Shown: positions 29,507-38,557 of the stretch, one piece after another
Position numbering within the stretch: the stretch's first letter is position 1
Layout: each line of letters starts with the position of its first letter
From: an uncultured Bacilli bacterium
GTDB lineage: Bacteria; Bacillota_I; Bacilli_A; RF39; UBA660
Direction: 5' to 3'
DNA: 58,099 bases
Assembly: GCA_944358695.1 (NCBI GenBank)
Contig: CALVRM010000018.1
Coordinates: 1-58,099 of the forward strand
The notes under the pieces: generated by a model
The model's database searches: none
What the model saw: the letters and a program-made list of their open reading frames with translations, nothing else
Told to the model about the DNA's origin: nothing
Program-made: the position numbers and the translations under genes

Positions 29507-29757
29507 TCACCAAATTTTTTACGATACTCATTATATAACTTAATGACTTTATCGTAGTTTTCACTGGTTAAATGTTCTTTAAGATAGCTTTTGATAACGC
29601 TGTCATCTTGATATAAAACTTCTTCGTATCTCTGCTTAATGACATCGTAAAGAATATTTAATTCTTTTTCGTTTAAATTGATATTGTTTTTTATGGCAAA
29701 ATCGTTTATATTATTTATGGTAATTTTATTTATATATTGTTTTATTAAAGTATTCAT
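29494..29757 (-). CDS. Small hypothetical protein, YqfT/DUF2624-like
   Basis: RBS AAGGGGG, ATG 29757; convergent with nfo as yqfT is in Bacillus; MNTLIKQYINKIT start. Confidence 0.55.
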   Translation of the reverse strand: MNTLIKQYINKITINNINDFAIKNNINLNEKELNILYDVIKQRYEEVLYQDDSVIKSYLKEHLTSENYDKVIKLYNEYRKKFGDYLL

Positions 29758-29824
29758 AATTCCCCCTTTAATATAAATATATGCAATGGTTTTAAATAAG
29801 TTAATCAAAGGAGGTGACACATGG

Positions 29825-31948
29825 ATGAAAAAAAGAGTAAAAAAAGAAAAGCCGATAAAGTCATTAGTTAAGGGCCCGCTTTTTAAACGTCATAAACCCC
29901 TACATTATTCTTCTGGTTATAAGGTTAATAAAGATATTAAACAAGAAATTGAAAAACGTTATAATATTTTGACTGGAATTATCGTGTTTGCAATCATTAT
30001 TTTAATGGGAGGCTTGTTTTTTATTCAAATCGTTAAAAATGATTATTATAAAACGGAGATTCAAACCTTAACGCAGAAAACTGTTGAAGGGCCAAGTGCT
30101 CCACGCGGGAGAATCTACGATCGTAATGGAAAATTAATTGTCGATAATAAGGCCGATAAAGTTATTTATTATCAAAAACCTTCTAATGTAACAGCTAAGA
30201 GTGAGATGAAGGTAGCTTATAAGCTTTCTGAGATGATTGATTTAGATTATTCTAAGTTATCTTTAAATGATTTGAAGATGTTTTGGATTCAAAACAATAA
30301 AGAAAAGGCTAAGGAAAAAATTACTGATGAAGAGTGGGATAAGCTTGAAAAGAGAAAATTAACAGTTGATGATATTGAAAAATTAAAACTGGATAGAGTT
30401 ACAGATGAAGATTTAGGAATTTATACAGAGGCTGATAAAAAGGCTGCATATATTTATACGCTAATGAATACTGGGTATTCTTATGCAGAGAAAGTTATTA
30501 AAGATACAAATGTAACTGACGAGGAATATGCTTTAGTGGCTGAGAATATAAGTAGTTTAAATGGGGTTAATACAAAGCTAGATTGGCAGCGAGTTTATCC
30601 ATATGGAGACACATTTAAATCGATTTTAGGGAATGTGTCAACAAGCAAAACAGGTATTCCTTTAGAACTTAAAGATTATTATTTAGAAAAAGGATATAGC
30701 TTAAATGATCGCGTAGGCATTAGTTATTTAGAATATCAATATGAAGAAATTTTAAAGGGTGAGAAAAATAAATATCAAGTAATGGACGATGGTTCATATA
30801 AATTAATAGAAGAGGGTTCCCGCGGTAACGATATTGTTTTATCGATCGATATTGAATTACAAAAAGCTGTTGAAGAAATTTTAACGGAAGAAGTAAAAAA
30901 GACAAAAAAAGAGCTTAATACAGAATTTTATAATCGTTCATTTGTGATTGTAACGGATCCGCAAACAGGTGAAGTTTTGGCAATGGCCGGGAAACAAGTA
31001 AAAGAAGAAAATGGCGAGCAAGTAGTATATGACTATACTCCAGGGAATTTAACGTCACCAGTTGTTATGGGCTCAGCGGTTAAAGGTGCGAGTCAAATTG
31101 TCGGATATAACACTGGGGCTTTAAAAATTGGCGAATATCGTCAAGATACTTGTGTGAAGATTGCTGCAACGCCGGAGAAATGTTCATGGAAACGTTTAGG
31201 TAGATTAAATGATATTAATGCTTTGGCTTATTCTTCAAATACTTATCAATTTTATACGGCAATTAAAGTTGGTAAAGGTAATTATAAATATAATAAACCA
31301 CTTACAATTGACAAGGAAGCGTTTGACACTTATCGCAATACTTTTAGTCAGTTTGGTCTAGGGGTTAAAACCGGAATTGATTTACCAGTGGAAAGTTTGG
31401 GGTATAAAGGTGAGAAAACTACCTCAGGATATTTATTAGACTTTTCGATCGGGCAGTACGATACTTATACACCTATCCAATTAGGTCAATATATCGGAAC
31501 TATTGCGAATGGTGGGAAAAGAATGCAACCGTATTTATATAAAGGTTTATACGATGAAAATGAAAAAACTAAAGTGAAAGAGGAAGCTGAACCTAAAGAA
31601 CTTAATAAGGTTGATACGAAACCAGAATATATGGATAGAGTAAAACAGGGATTTGAAGCAGTTTTAAAATATGGAACTGGAGCCGGTTATATTGATATGA
31701 CTTATAAACCAGCGGGCAAAACTGGAACAAGTCAAAGTTTTATTGATACGGATGGGGATGGAGTTGTGGATAAAGAAACGATTACCACAACGTTTGTTGC
31801 TTATGCGCCATATGATGACCCACAAGTAACTTTTACAATTATTTCACCCGATGTGTCAAGAAGTGATGGTCGCTCAACTTATCAATCGAATATTAATAAG
31901 CGACTTGCCCAGCAAATTTCTAAAAAATACTTTGAAATTTATAAATAA
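29825..31948 (+). CDS. pbpA: Class B penicillin-binding protein (PBP2a/PbpA-like)
   Basis: PRGRIYDRNG, RVYPYG, GISYLEYQYE, SAVK (SxxK), SSN (SxN), KTGT; RBS GGAGG. Confidence 0.9.
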   Translation: MKKRVKKEKPIKSLVKGPLFKRHKPLHYSSGYKVNKDIKQEIEKRYNILTGIIVFAIIILMGGLFFIQIVKNDYYKTEIQTLTQKTVEGPSAPRGRIYDRNGKLIVDNKADKVIYYQKPSNVTAKSEMKVAYKLSEMIDLDYSKLSLNDLKMFWIQNNKEKAKEKITDEEWDKLEKRKLTVDDIEKLKLDRVTDEDLGIYTEADKKAAYIYTLMNTGYSYAEKVIKDTNVTDEEYALVAENISSLNGVNTKLDWQRVYPYGDTFKSILGNVSTSKTGIPLELKDYYLEKGYSLNDRVGISYLEYQYEEILKGEKNKYQVMDDGSYKLIEEGSRGNDIVLSIDIELQKAVEEILTEEVKKTKKELNTEFYNRSFVIVTDPQTGEVLAMAGKQVKEENGEQVVYDYTPGNLTSPVVMGSAVKGASQIVGYNTGALKIGEYRQDTCVKIAATPEKCSWKRLGRLNDINALAYSSNTYQFYTAIKVGKGNYKYNKPLTIDKEAFDTYRNTFSQFGLGVKTGIDLPVESLGYKGEKTTSGYLLDFSIGQYDTYTPIQLGQYIGTIANGGKRMQPYLYKGLYDENEKTKVKEEAEPKELNKVDTKPEYMDRVKQGFEAVLKYGTGAGYIDMTYKPAGKTGTSQSFIDTDGDGVVDKETITTTFVAYAPYDDPQVTFTIISPDVSRSDGRSTYQSNINKRLAQQISKKYFEIYK

Positions 31949-31990
31949 TTTGCTATAATGTAAATAGACATGTAAAAAGGAGGGATAACA

Positions 31991-32158
31991 ATGGCTAAAA
32001 AAGGAGAAGTTAGAGAAAATATAACTCTTGTGTGTACTGTATGTAATTCAGAAAATTATCGTACACCTAAAAATAAAAGAAATACTCCAGAACGTTTAGA
32101 ATTGAACAAATATTGTCCTAAGTGCCAAAAGACAACTATGCATAAGGAGAAAAAATAA
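31991..32158 (+). CDS. rpmG: 50S ribosomal protein L33, zinc-binding type (absent from the ORF track)
   Basis: Hand translation [55 protein letters not shown]; RBS AAGGAGG. Confidence 0.95.
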   Translation: MAKKGEVRENITLVCTVCNSENYRTPKNKRNTPERLELNKYCPKCQKTTMHKEKK

Positions 32159-32174
32159 TTAGGAGGATTACTTT

Positions 32175-32732
32175 ATGATTAATATTAATGATATTAAAAA
32201 TGGGATGACGGTAATTGTTGATGGCAATATTTGCCAAGTGATTGAATTTTTACACGTTAAGCCTGGAAAAGGCCCTGCTTTTGTTAGAACAAAGCTTAAG
32301 AATTTAAGAACTGGGGCAACTGTTGAGCACACATTTAATACAAATATTAAGCTAGAAAAAGCGATTATTGAAAAAGTGTCTATGCAGTTTTTATATGAAA
32401 ACTCAGGAAGTTATAATTTTATGAATATGGAAACATATGAACAAATTGATTTGACAAAAGATCAATTAGGGGATGATGTCAAGTATTTGAAAGAGGGAAT
32501 TAATGTTGATATTTCTTTCTATCAAGGGGAAGTACTTGGAATTGTTCTACCGGAGAAAATAGAATATATAGTAACTAATACTGAACCGGCAGTTAAGGGT
32601 AATACAGCAACCAATGCTACCAAAGAAGCTGTGTTGGAAAACGGGTTAACAGTTAAAGTTCCATTATTTATAAATGAAGGTGAAACAGTAGTTGTTTCGA
32701 CTAAAGATGGAAAATATGATTCTAGGGCTTAA
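32175..32732 (+). CDS. efp: Elongation factor P
   Basis: HVKPGKGPAFVR, FMNMETYEQ, PAVKGNTA, VPLFINEG. Confidence 0.97.
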   Translation: MININDIKNGMTVIVDGNICQVIEFLHVKPGKGPAFVRTKLKNLRTGATVEHTFNTNIKLEKAIIEKVSMQFLYENSGSYNFMNMETYEQIDLTKDQLGDDVKYLKEGINVDISFYQGEVLGIVLPEKIEYIVTNTEPAVKGNTATNATKEAVLENGLTVKVPLFINEGETVVVSTKDGKYDSRA

Positions 32733-32767
32733 ATAAAAAAATAAAAGAATAAAGAGGTGCGTGAATT

Positions 32768-33727
32768 ATGCTAGAGAAAAATAGGTTTTTAGCAATTAAA
32801 AATTTAGCTAAAGATATTAGAAAAGAAAATGAAAAATTGTTTAAAGCATTTGCTAAAGAATCAGTGGACGATGCGGTTAGGGAAAAAGAAGAATTCATTG
32901 AGTCAGTAGTTGATAGTATGGATATTGCTTTTAGCGACGGTGAGCAAGGAAAAGAAGAAAGACAGATTTTTCGAGCTAATTTATTAATACCCGATGATTT
33001 AGACTTCTTTAATGCATATTCGAAGGATAAAAACATTCGTAATTTAATGAATAAATATGCCGTAGGTATTGAAGATATTATGAGTAAAATTACGGAGTTA
33101 AATATTTATGGTAAGTATATCGATGTTTTTAATGAAGAAGAAGCAGTCGAAAAGGAAGAAGACTTTGTTGACGAAATGGTTAATCTTTCTTCTAAGGAAG
33201 CTGAAAGTTTATTAGATGAAATTGAGGATTTATCTAGCGTAATGGAAGAATTGGATATTCCGGCTGAGGAAGCAACGGAAGCGTCTGCGGTGGCTTTGGA
33301 ACCAGAAATAATTGAAGAAGCTGAAGATGAAATTATGCAAGAGGATTCTACTGAGGAGCCGACTTTAGAAATGAAGGATATGGAGATTAATGACGAATTT
33401 GAAGACATCAGTAATGCAGTTTCCGGATTTGTTGATGAATATACTAAAGTGAAAGATGATTTAGATATAGCGCAAGCAAAGATAAAAGCATTTGATACTG
33501 AAAAAGAAGAATTATCAACGCAAATTGCATCTTTAAAAGACGAGAATGAAGAGCTTAAAAGAAGTAATTTAGAAAGTGCTAGTGCTTTAAATAAAGCTCG
33601 TGAAGAAGTAAAAATGATTTCTAATGAAAATGTGACTTTAAAAGAACAAATTAAAGTTATGGAGAAAAAAGTTAAACAGTCCGCAGATTTACTTAAGAAA
33701 ATTTATAATAGTATTCCGAAGAAATAG
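32768..33727 (+). CDS. Highly acidic hypothetical protein with C-terminal coiled coil
   Basis: 319-aa ORF with RBS GAGGTG, E/D-rich middle and heptad-like C-terminal third. Confidence 0.75.
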   Translation: MLEKNRFLAIKNLAKDIRKENEKLFKAFAKESVDDAVREKEEFIESVVDSMDIAFSDGEQGKEERQIFRANLLIPDDLDFFNAYSKDKNIRNLMNKYAVGIEDIMSKITELNIYGKYIDVFNEEEAVEKEEDFVDEMVNLSSKEAESLLDEIEDLSSVMEELDIPAEEATEASAVALEPEIIEEAEDEIMQEDSTEEPTLEMKDMEINDEFEDISNAVSGFVDEYTKVKDDLDIAQAKIKAFDTEKEELSTQIASLKDENEELKRSNLESASALNKAREEVKMISNENVTLKEQIKVMEKKVKQSADLLKKIYNSIPKK

Positions 33728-33746
33728 AAAAAACTATTTCTTTTTG

Positions 33747-33789
33747 TTTACATTTTTGCAAAAAAAGTAAGTCTTTGGAGAATGGTACT
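33747..33789. repeat. Dispersed 43-bp intergenic element, copy 2
   Basis: tttacatttttgcaaaaaaagtaagtctttggagaatggtact; matches 20877-20919. Confidence 0.85.
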
Positions 33790-33865
33790 TTTTCCTATTA
33801 ATTATAAATGGTTTTTATTCTCTTAAATTTAAGGATGTTTTTGTTTATATTTATCATATTTTTAC

Positions 33866-33894
33866 TTGACAAACATATAATTAGATTGTATAAT
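33866..33894 (+). promoter_or_regulatory. SigA promoter of the infC operon
   Basis: TTGACA-N17-TATAAT with extended TG. Confidence 0.8.
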
Positions 33895-33914
33895 CGTAAA
33901 GGAAATGAAAAAAG

Positions 33915-34019
33915 GAAAGAAGGAGTATCCACTTCTCACCCGATTGCTAAAGGCGATGGGTTAATGCCGGTCAAGTAGAACTAGAACGCATAAGTGGATA
34001 CATTCGTATTCACTTTTTT
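33915..34019 (+). ncRNA. L20 leader (infC-rpmI-rplT attenuator)
   Basis: gtatccacttctcaccc segment is complementary to aagtggatac, which alternatively forms the terminator aagtggatac-attc-gtattcactt-T run; located upstream of infC. Confidence 0.8.
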
Positions 34020-34034
34020 ATGGAGGTGTCAGGT

Positions 34035-34565
34035 ATCGCAAGTAGAGAAAAAGATTTATACATAAACGAACAAATTCGTGCAAAAGAAGTATTGGTAATT
34101 GGTCCTAATGGTGAACAATTGGGGATAAAATCGATTAAGGATGCTTTAACTTTGGCTTCTTATGCTGGTTTCGATTTGGTTTTAATGAATCCAAATGGTA
34201 AACCACCAGTATGTAAGATAATGGATTATAATCGTTATAAATATGATCAAAAGAAAAAGCAAAAAGAAAATATGAAAAGACAACGAGAAAATAATTTGGA
34301 GATGAAAGAATATAGATTATCAGTATCTATTGATGTTCATGATTTTAATACGCGAGTAAACAATGCAACAAAGTATTTGCAAAAAGGGCATAAGATCAAA
34401 GTAACTATTCGCTTCAAGGGTAGGGAAATGGCGCATCAATATCTAGGAAAAGAAGTTTTACTTCGATTTGCTGAGGCAGTTAGTGAGTATGCGACTGTGG
34501 AGCAACAGCCTAAGTTAGATGGACGTTTTATGAATATGATACTTGCACCGATTAAAGAAAAATAG
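34035..34565 (+). CDS. infC: Translation initiation factor IF-3, probable non-canonical ATC start
   Basis: INEQIRAKEV, PPVCKIMDY, IRFKGRE. RBS GGAGGTG is spaced to ATC 34035; the ATG at 34020 overlaps the RBS. Confidence 0.93.
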   Translation: MASREKDLYINEQIRAKEVLVIGPNGEQLGIKSIKDALTLASYAGFDLVLMNPNGKPPVCKIMDYNRYKYDQKKKQKENMKRQRENNLEMKEYRLSVSIDVHDFNTRVNNATKYLQKGHKIKVTIRFKGREMAHQYLGKEVLLRFAEAVSEYATVEQQPKLDGRFMNMILAPIKEK

Positions 34566-34576
34566 GAGGAAGAAAT

Positions 34577-34777
34577 ATGGCTAAAAAGACTCAAAAAACT
34601 CATAAAGGTTTAGCAAAAGTTATAAAAGTAAGAAAAGGTGGTTCTATTAAGTACCAACCGGCTAATAAAAATCATAAATTAACTCATAAAAGTAATGCAT
34701 CAAGAAGAAGAAGACATCACGAGTCTGAAATGCATAGTTCAGATATTAAACGAGTTAAAGAATTAATTAATAAGTAG
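34577..34777 (+). CDS. rpmI: 50S ribosomal protein L35
   Basis: KTHKGLAK, HKLTHKS; lies between infC and rplT. Confidence 0.92.
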   Translation: MAKKTQKTHKGLAKVIKVRKGGSIKYQPANKNHKLTHKSNASRRRRHHESEMHSSDIKRVKELINK

Positions 34778-34799
34778 AGATTAGAGGAGGACAATATAT

Positions 34800-35336
34800 A
34801 TGACAAGAGTTAAAGGTGGGACGATTTCACGTGCTCGTCACAAGAAAGCTTTAAAACAGGCAAAAGGTTATTTTGGAAGTAAACATAAATTATATAAGAC
34901 AGCTAAAGAACAAGTAAGACATTCATTAATGTATGCATATAGAGATAGAAGAACTAAAAAAAGAGATTTTAGAAAGTTATGGATCACCAGAATTAATGCG
35001 GCTTGCAGACAAAATGATATTTCATATTCAAGATTTATCAATGGTTTATCTAAAGCTGGAATTGAAATCAATAGAAAAATGTTATCAGAGATCGCAATTG
35101 ATGATCCTAAAATGTTTGCTGGATTAGTAGCTACGGCTAAAGCAGCTTTATCTGGAAAACAGATTAAAGAAGAACAAGAAACTGCAAAAGTTGCTTCTAA
35201 AAGTGAAACTAAAGTAGATACTAAAGAAGATATTTCAAAATTAACAGTTGCTGAACTTAAAAAGCTAGCTAAAGAAAAAAAAGTAGAAGGTTATTCTACA
35301 ATGAAAAAAGCTGAATTATTAGATGCCTTAAAATAA
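34800..35336 (+). CDS. rplT: 50S ribosomal protein L20 with C-terminal Rho_N-like extension
   Basis: MTRVKGG...AKGYFG...[20 protein letters not shown]...NRKMLSE, plus about 60 extra residues ending [27 protein letters not shown]. Confidence 0.96.
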   Translation: MTRVKGGTISRARHKKALKQAKGYFGSKHKLYKTAKEQVRHSLMYAYRDRRTKKRDFRKLWITRINAACRQNDISYSRFINGLSKAGIEINRKMLSEIAIDDPKMFAGLVATAKAALSGKQIKEEQETAKVASKSETKVDTKEDISKLTVAELKKLAKEKKVEGYSTMKKAELLDALK

Positions 35337-35412
35337 GGTATCTTTTTTAATGATTTAAAATAATTTTATAATGTTTTTCATGTAAATTGCTAAGTTCCAT
35401 CAAAAAATACAT

Positions 35413-36366
35413 CTATCGTGATGTATTTTTTCTGCCGACTAATTGTAATATTTTACCACCGGATTTTACCGATATTTTAGGGTTTTCAGCTGTTATTATC
35501 TCTTTAGGATCACCATCACAATTAATTGGATAAAATGGTATGTTGCTATCAAAAGTTAATTCCAGATGATCTGTGCTAAAAACATTGTTTTCCTCTAAAT
35601 CCATGATACCGTTTTTGGAAGTAAAAGTTTTCCTTAGCATTTTGAATAACTCGCTTTGACTGTGAACAATTGCTACTTCAAATTTATTATCACACATGTT
35701 AGCATTTGGATTAATATTTAAATTGGCAAATGATCTACCATTAAATATAGCGAAGAAAATGGCCTTGGTTTGTCTGGTTTTTCCGTCAGATGTATAGGTT
35801 ATTTGGTAAGGATTATCAATAACATCTTTATATAAGCGTTTATCACTAAATATTCTTCTAGCTCCATATCTGATATAACTTAAAGTGCCAACGTCTTTTT
35901 TATCATTGCTTTTATCGATTAGAAAGGTTACAGGGGCTAGGACACCTCCGGCTGCTACATAAGCAATTGGCTGATTATTTACGGTTATTATTTCGCGATT
36001 TTCGATAATCCCGTTTAATAATAAGGACGTTGCTTTTACGGGATTGTACCTAGGAAGATAAGTATTTGGTCCCATATCATTGGTGGTTCCACCTGGAACA
36101 TGTCCATAAATTGCATGTTGATCTTTTAAATGATGAAAGGCTTCATAGGCTTTACTGACCGTTCCGTCTCCTCCCATGGTTAAAATTATATTAAATTCAT
36201 CATTTAATTTAGGTATTTGATCTTTAATGTATCCGGCGTATTCACTTTCAAGTAAAGTGGGATTATAACCGGCTTTAATAATTTCTTCTGCTATTTTTGG
36301 AAGTTTTTCCTTTTTAAAGCCAGAAGCATGCTTGTTATATATAAGACAACAATTAGGTTTTGACAA
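35413..36366 (-). CDS. Diacylglycerol kinase-family (DgkB/YegS-like) lipid kinase
   Basis: YNKHASG, MGGDGT, PGGTTND, NCDGD; TTG start with RBS GGGGG. Confidence 0.85.
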   Translation of the reverse strand: MSKPNCCLIYNKHASGFKKEKLPKIAEEIIKAGYNPTLLESEYAGYIKDQIPKLNDEFNIILTMGGDGTVSKAYEAFHHLKDQHAIYGHVPGGTTNDMGPNTYLPRYNPVKATSLLLNGIIENREIITVNNQPIAYVAAGGVLAPVTFLIDKSNDKKDVGTLSYIRYGARRIFSDKRLYKDVIDNPYQITYTSDGKTRQTKAIFFAIFNGRSFANLNINPNANMCDNKFEVAIVHSQSELFKMLRKTFTSKNGIMDLEENNVFSTDHLELTFDSNIPFYPINCDGDPKEIITAENPKISVKSGGKILQLVGRKNTSR

Positions 36367-36545
36367 GTTACTTTCCCCCCCTTCATTAGATATATATTAT
36401 ACACTTTTTTTAATTATGAAATCAAGGGGTATTAGACCTATATCATGATAAATTTTTTTATAATATAGGTATACGCTAATGTTTGTTTATGTTATTCATT
36501 ATTGTCTAAGACTATGATATAATTATATTAGGAAGGTGAAATAAA

Positions 36546-37874
36546 ATGTACGAAGGGAAAAGGTTGTTTGTACTTGGCATGGGACGTAGTGGGGTGGCAG
36601 TCAGTAAATTGTTGCACGAGAAAAATCATATTTTATTGACTGATATTGAATATGATGATTATAGTTTAATTAAAGAGCTAGAAGATATGGGAATAAATGT
36701 GGTTATTACTAAAGATCAAGATAAACTTTTAAACGATAAATTTGATTATGTTATTAAAAATCCAGCGATTAGGGCTGATAATCAAACCGTAAAGAAAGCT
36801 TTGAAACTAGGTATTCCCGTGGTGAACGAGATGGAAGTTGTGTATAATTTATTACCTAAAGACGTTAAGATTATCGGAATAACTGGATCTAATGGCAAGA
36901 CGACAACGGCATATTTAACTTATGAGATGTTGAAAATGGCCGATTTACCAGTTAAATTAGGCGGAAATCTCGGCATTCCTTTTTCAGCTTTTGCGCTGGA
37001 TATTGAATCAGGTGATATTGTTGTTTTAGAAATATCTAGCCATCAACTTTTAGATTTTGATAAGTTTAAGACGGACATTAGTGTATTTACTAACTTGAGT
37101 GAAGTGCATATTGATATGTTTGGAACTTATAAAAAGTATAAGCAAAACAAATTGCGTATTTTTAATCATCATACCGAAAAAGATATTGCTATTTTAAATA
37201 GTGGCGATGAAGAAGTTGTCAAATTAACTAAAACTATTCCTTCAGAAAAGTTATATTTTTCAAGCTGGGAGTCAGCTGATTGTTATATTAAGAATAATCA
37301 AATTTGGTATAAGGATGCGCAAATTTGTGAGCTTAGTGATATTAGACTTAAGGGAAGACATAATTATGAAAATGTTATGTGTGCAATAATGGTGGCAAAG
37401 CAGTTTAATGTGTCTAATGAAGCGATTAAAGAGGCTTTGGATAACTTTAGCGGAGTTGAACACAGGATGGAATTTGTCAGAAGACTTAATGACCGGGAAT
37501 TTTATAACGATTCTAAGGCGACAAATAATAAGTCTACGATAGTGGCTTTATCTTCTTTTGACTCACCAATTATTTTGTTGTTGGGTGGTTTAGATAGAGG
37601 GCAGTCTTTTACAGAGTTAGACGGTCATTTAGAACACGTAAAAAAGGTTGTATGTTATGGTCAGACACGTGAAAAAATTAAGAGGTATTGTGAAAAGAAA
37701 AGTATTGACGTAACAGTAGTTGACGATATGGCTGAAGCAGTAAAATTAGCATATAATTTATCGGAAGCAGGGGATACTATTTTATTGAGTCCGGCTTGTG
37801 CAAGTTGGGATCAATTTAAATCGTTTGAGGAACGTGGAAAGAAATTTAAAGAAATTGTTGACAAGTTACAATAG
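36546..37874 (+). CDS. murD: UDP-N-acetylmuramoyl-L-alanine--D-glutamate ligase
   Basis: GMGRSG, GITGSNGKTTT, EISSHQL, EHRME, NDSKATN, LLSPACASWDQF. Confidence 0.97.
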   Translation: MYEGKRLFVLGMGRSGVAVSKLLHEKNHILLTDIEYDDYSLIKELEDMGINVVITKDQDKLLNDKFDYVIKNPAIRADNQTVKKALKLGIPVVNEMEVVYNLLPKDVKIIGITGSNGKTTTAYLTYEMLKMADLPVKLGGNLGIPFSAFALDIESGDIVVLEISSHQLLDFDKFKTDISVFTNLSEVHIDMFGTYKKYKQNKLRIFNHHTEKDIAILNSGDEEVVKLTKTIPSEKLYFSSWESADCYIKNNQIWYKDAQICELSDIRLKGRHNYENVMCAIMVAKQFNVSNEAIKEALDNFSGVEHRMEFVRRLNDREFYNDSKATNNKSTIVALSSFDSPIILLLGGLDRGQSFTELDGHLEHVKKVVCYGQTREKIKRYCEKKSIDVTVVDDMAEAVKLAYNLSEAGDTILLSPACASWDQFKSFEERGKKFKEIVDKLQ

Positions 37875-37947
37875 TTTCTTTTTTTATTTCTCATTGACAA
37901 ACAAATGTTTGGTGTGTATAATTCTTATAGAGAATAGGAGGAATATT

Positions 37948-38445
37948 ATGCTTAATTTATATATTGATTTCGATGGTGTTATTATGAATACGATTGATAT
38001 AACTTATAAAATTTTAAATCAAAAGGGAATTGATCTTAAAGATTATAAAAGCTGTGAACGATTTTATCGCGAATTAGATTGGCATGAGGTATTAAAAAAT
38101 AGTGCGCCGATTCATGACAGTTGGGGGTGTATTGAGAAAATTATAAAGAGTCAAAAATTTAATGTAGCAATTTTAACCCATGTCAATTCTTTAACAGAGA
38201 TTGAAGAAAAAGTTAAAGTAATTCGTCAACATTTTCGTGATATTACAATCATTCCTGTGCCTAAGTCCATCTCTAAAACCGAAATGCTTAAAGCTGAAGG
38301 AGCGGTTTTAGTTGATGATTATATTCATAATTTAAAAGAGTGGGAAGCAGCTGGTGGCTATGGGATTCGCTTTGATTTAGACATGGATGGCAAGGGCTAT
38401 CCGGTTATTGATAGATTAGACGTTTTAATTGATATGCTTGATTGA
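37948..38445 (+). CDS. HAD-superfamily 5'(3')-deoxyribonucleotidase-like protein
   Basis: LYIDFDGV (DxD) and VLVDDYIHNLKEW; RBS AGGAGG before ATG 37948. Confidence 0.75.
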   Translation: MLNLYIDFDGVIMNTIDITYKILNQKGIDLKDYKSCERFYRELDWHEVLKNSAPIHDSWGCIEKIIKSQKFNVAILTHVNSLTEIEEKVKVIRQHFRDITIIPVPKSISKTEMLKAEGAVLVDDYIHNLKEWEAAGGYGIRFDLDMDGKGYPVIDRLDVLIDMLD

Positions 38446-38557
38446 TTTTAATTTGACATGTTTTATCAATTATTTCTATTCTTTCTTGACTTTAACTTTA
38501 GCAAAGTGATATTATTAATTTGATAGTAAAGTTATCGATAGTATAGGAGGAAAGAAA

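Noticed and set aside
37798-37947. N-terminal extension of the HAD ORF overlapping murD
   Set aside because: The region holds a TTGACA/TATAAT promoter and the RBS for ATG 37948.
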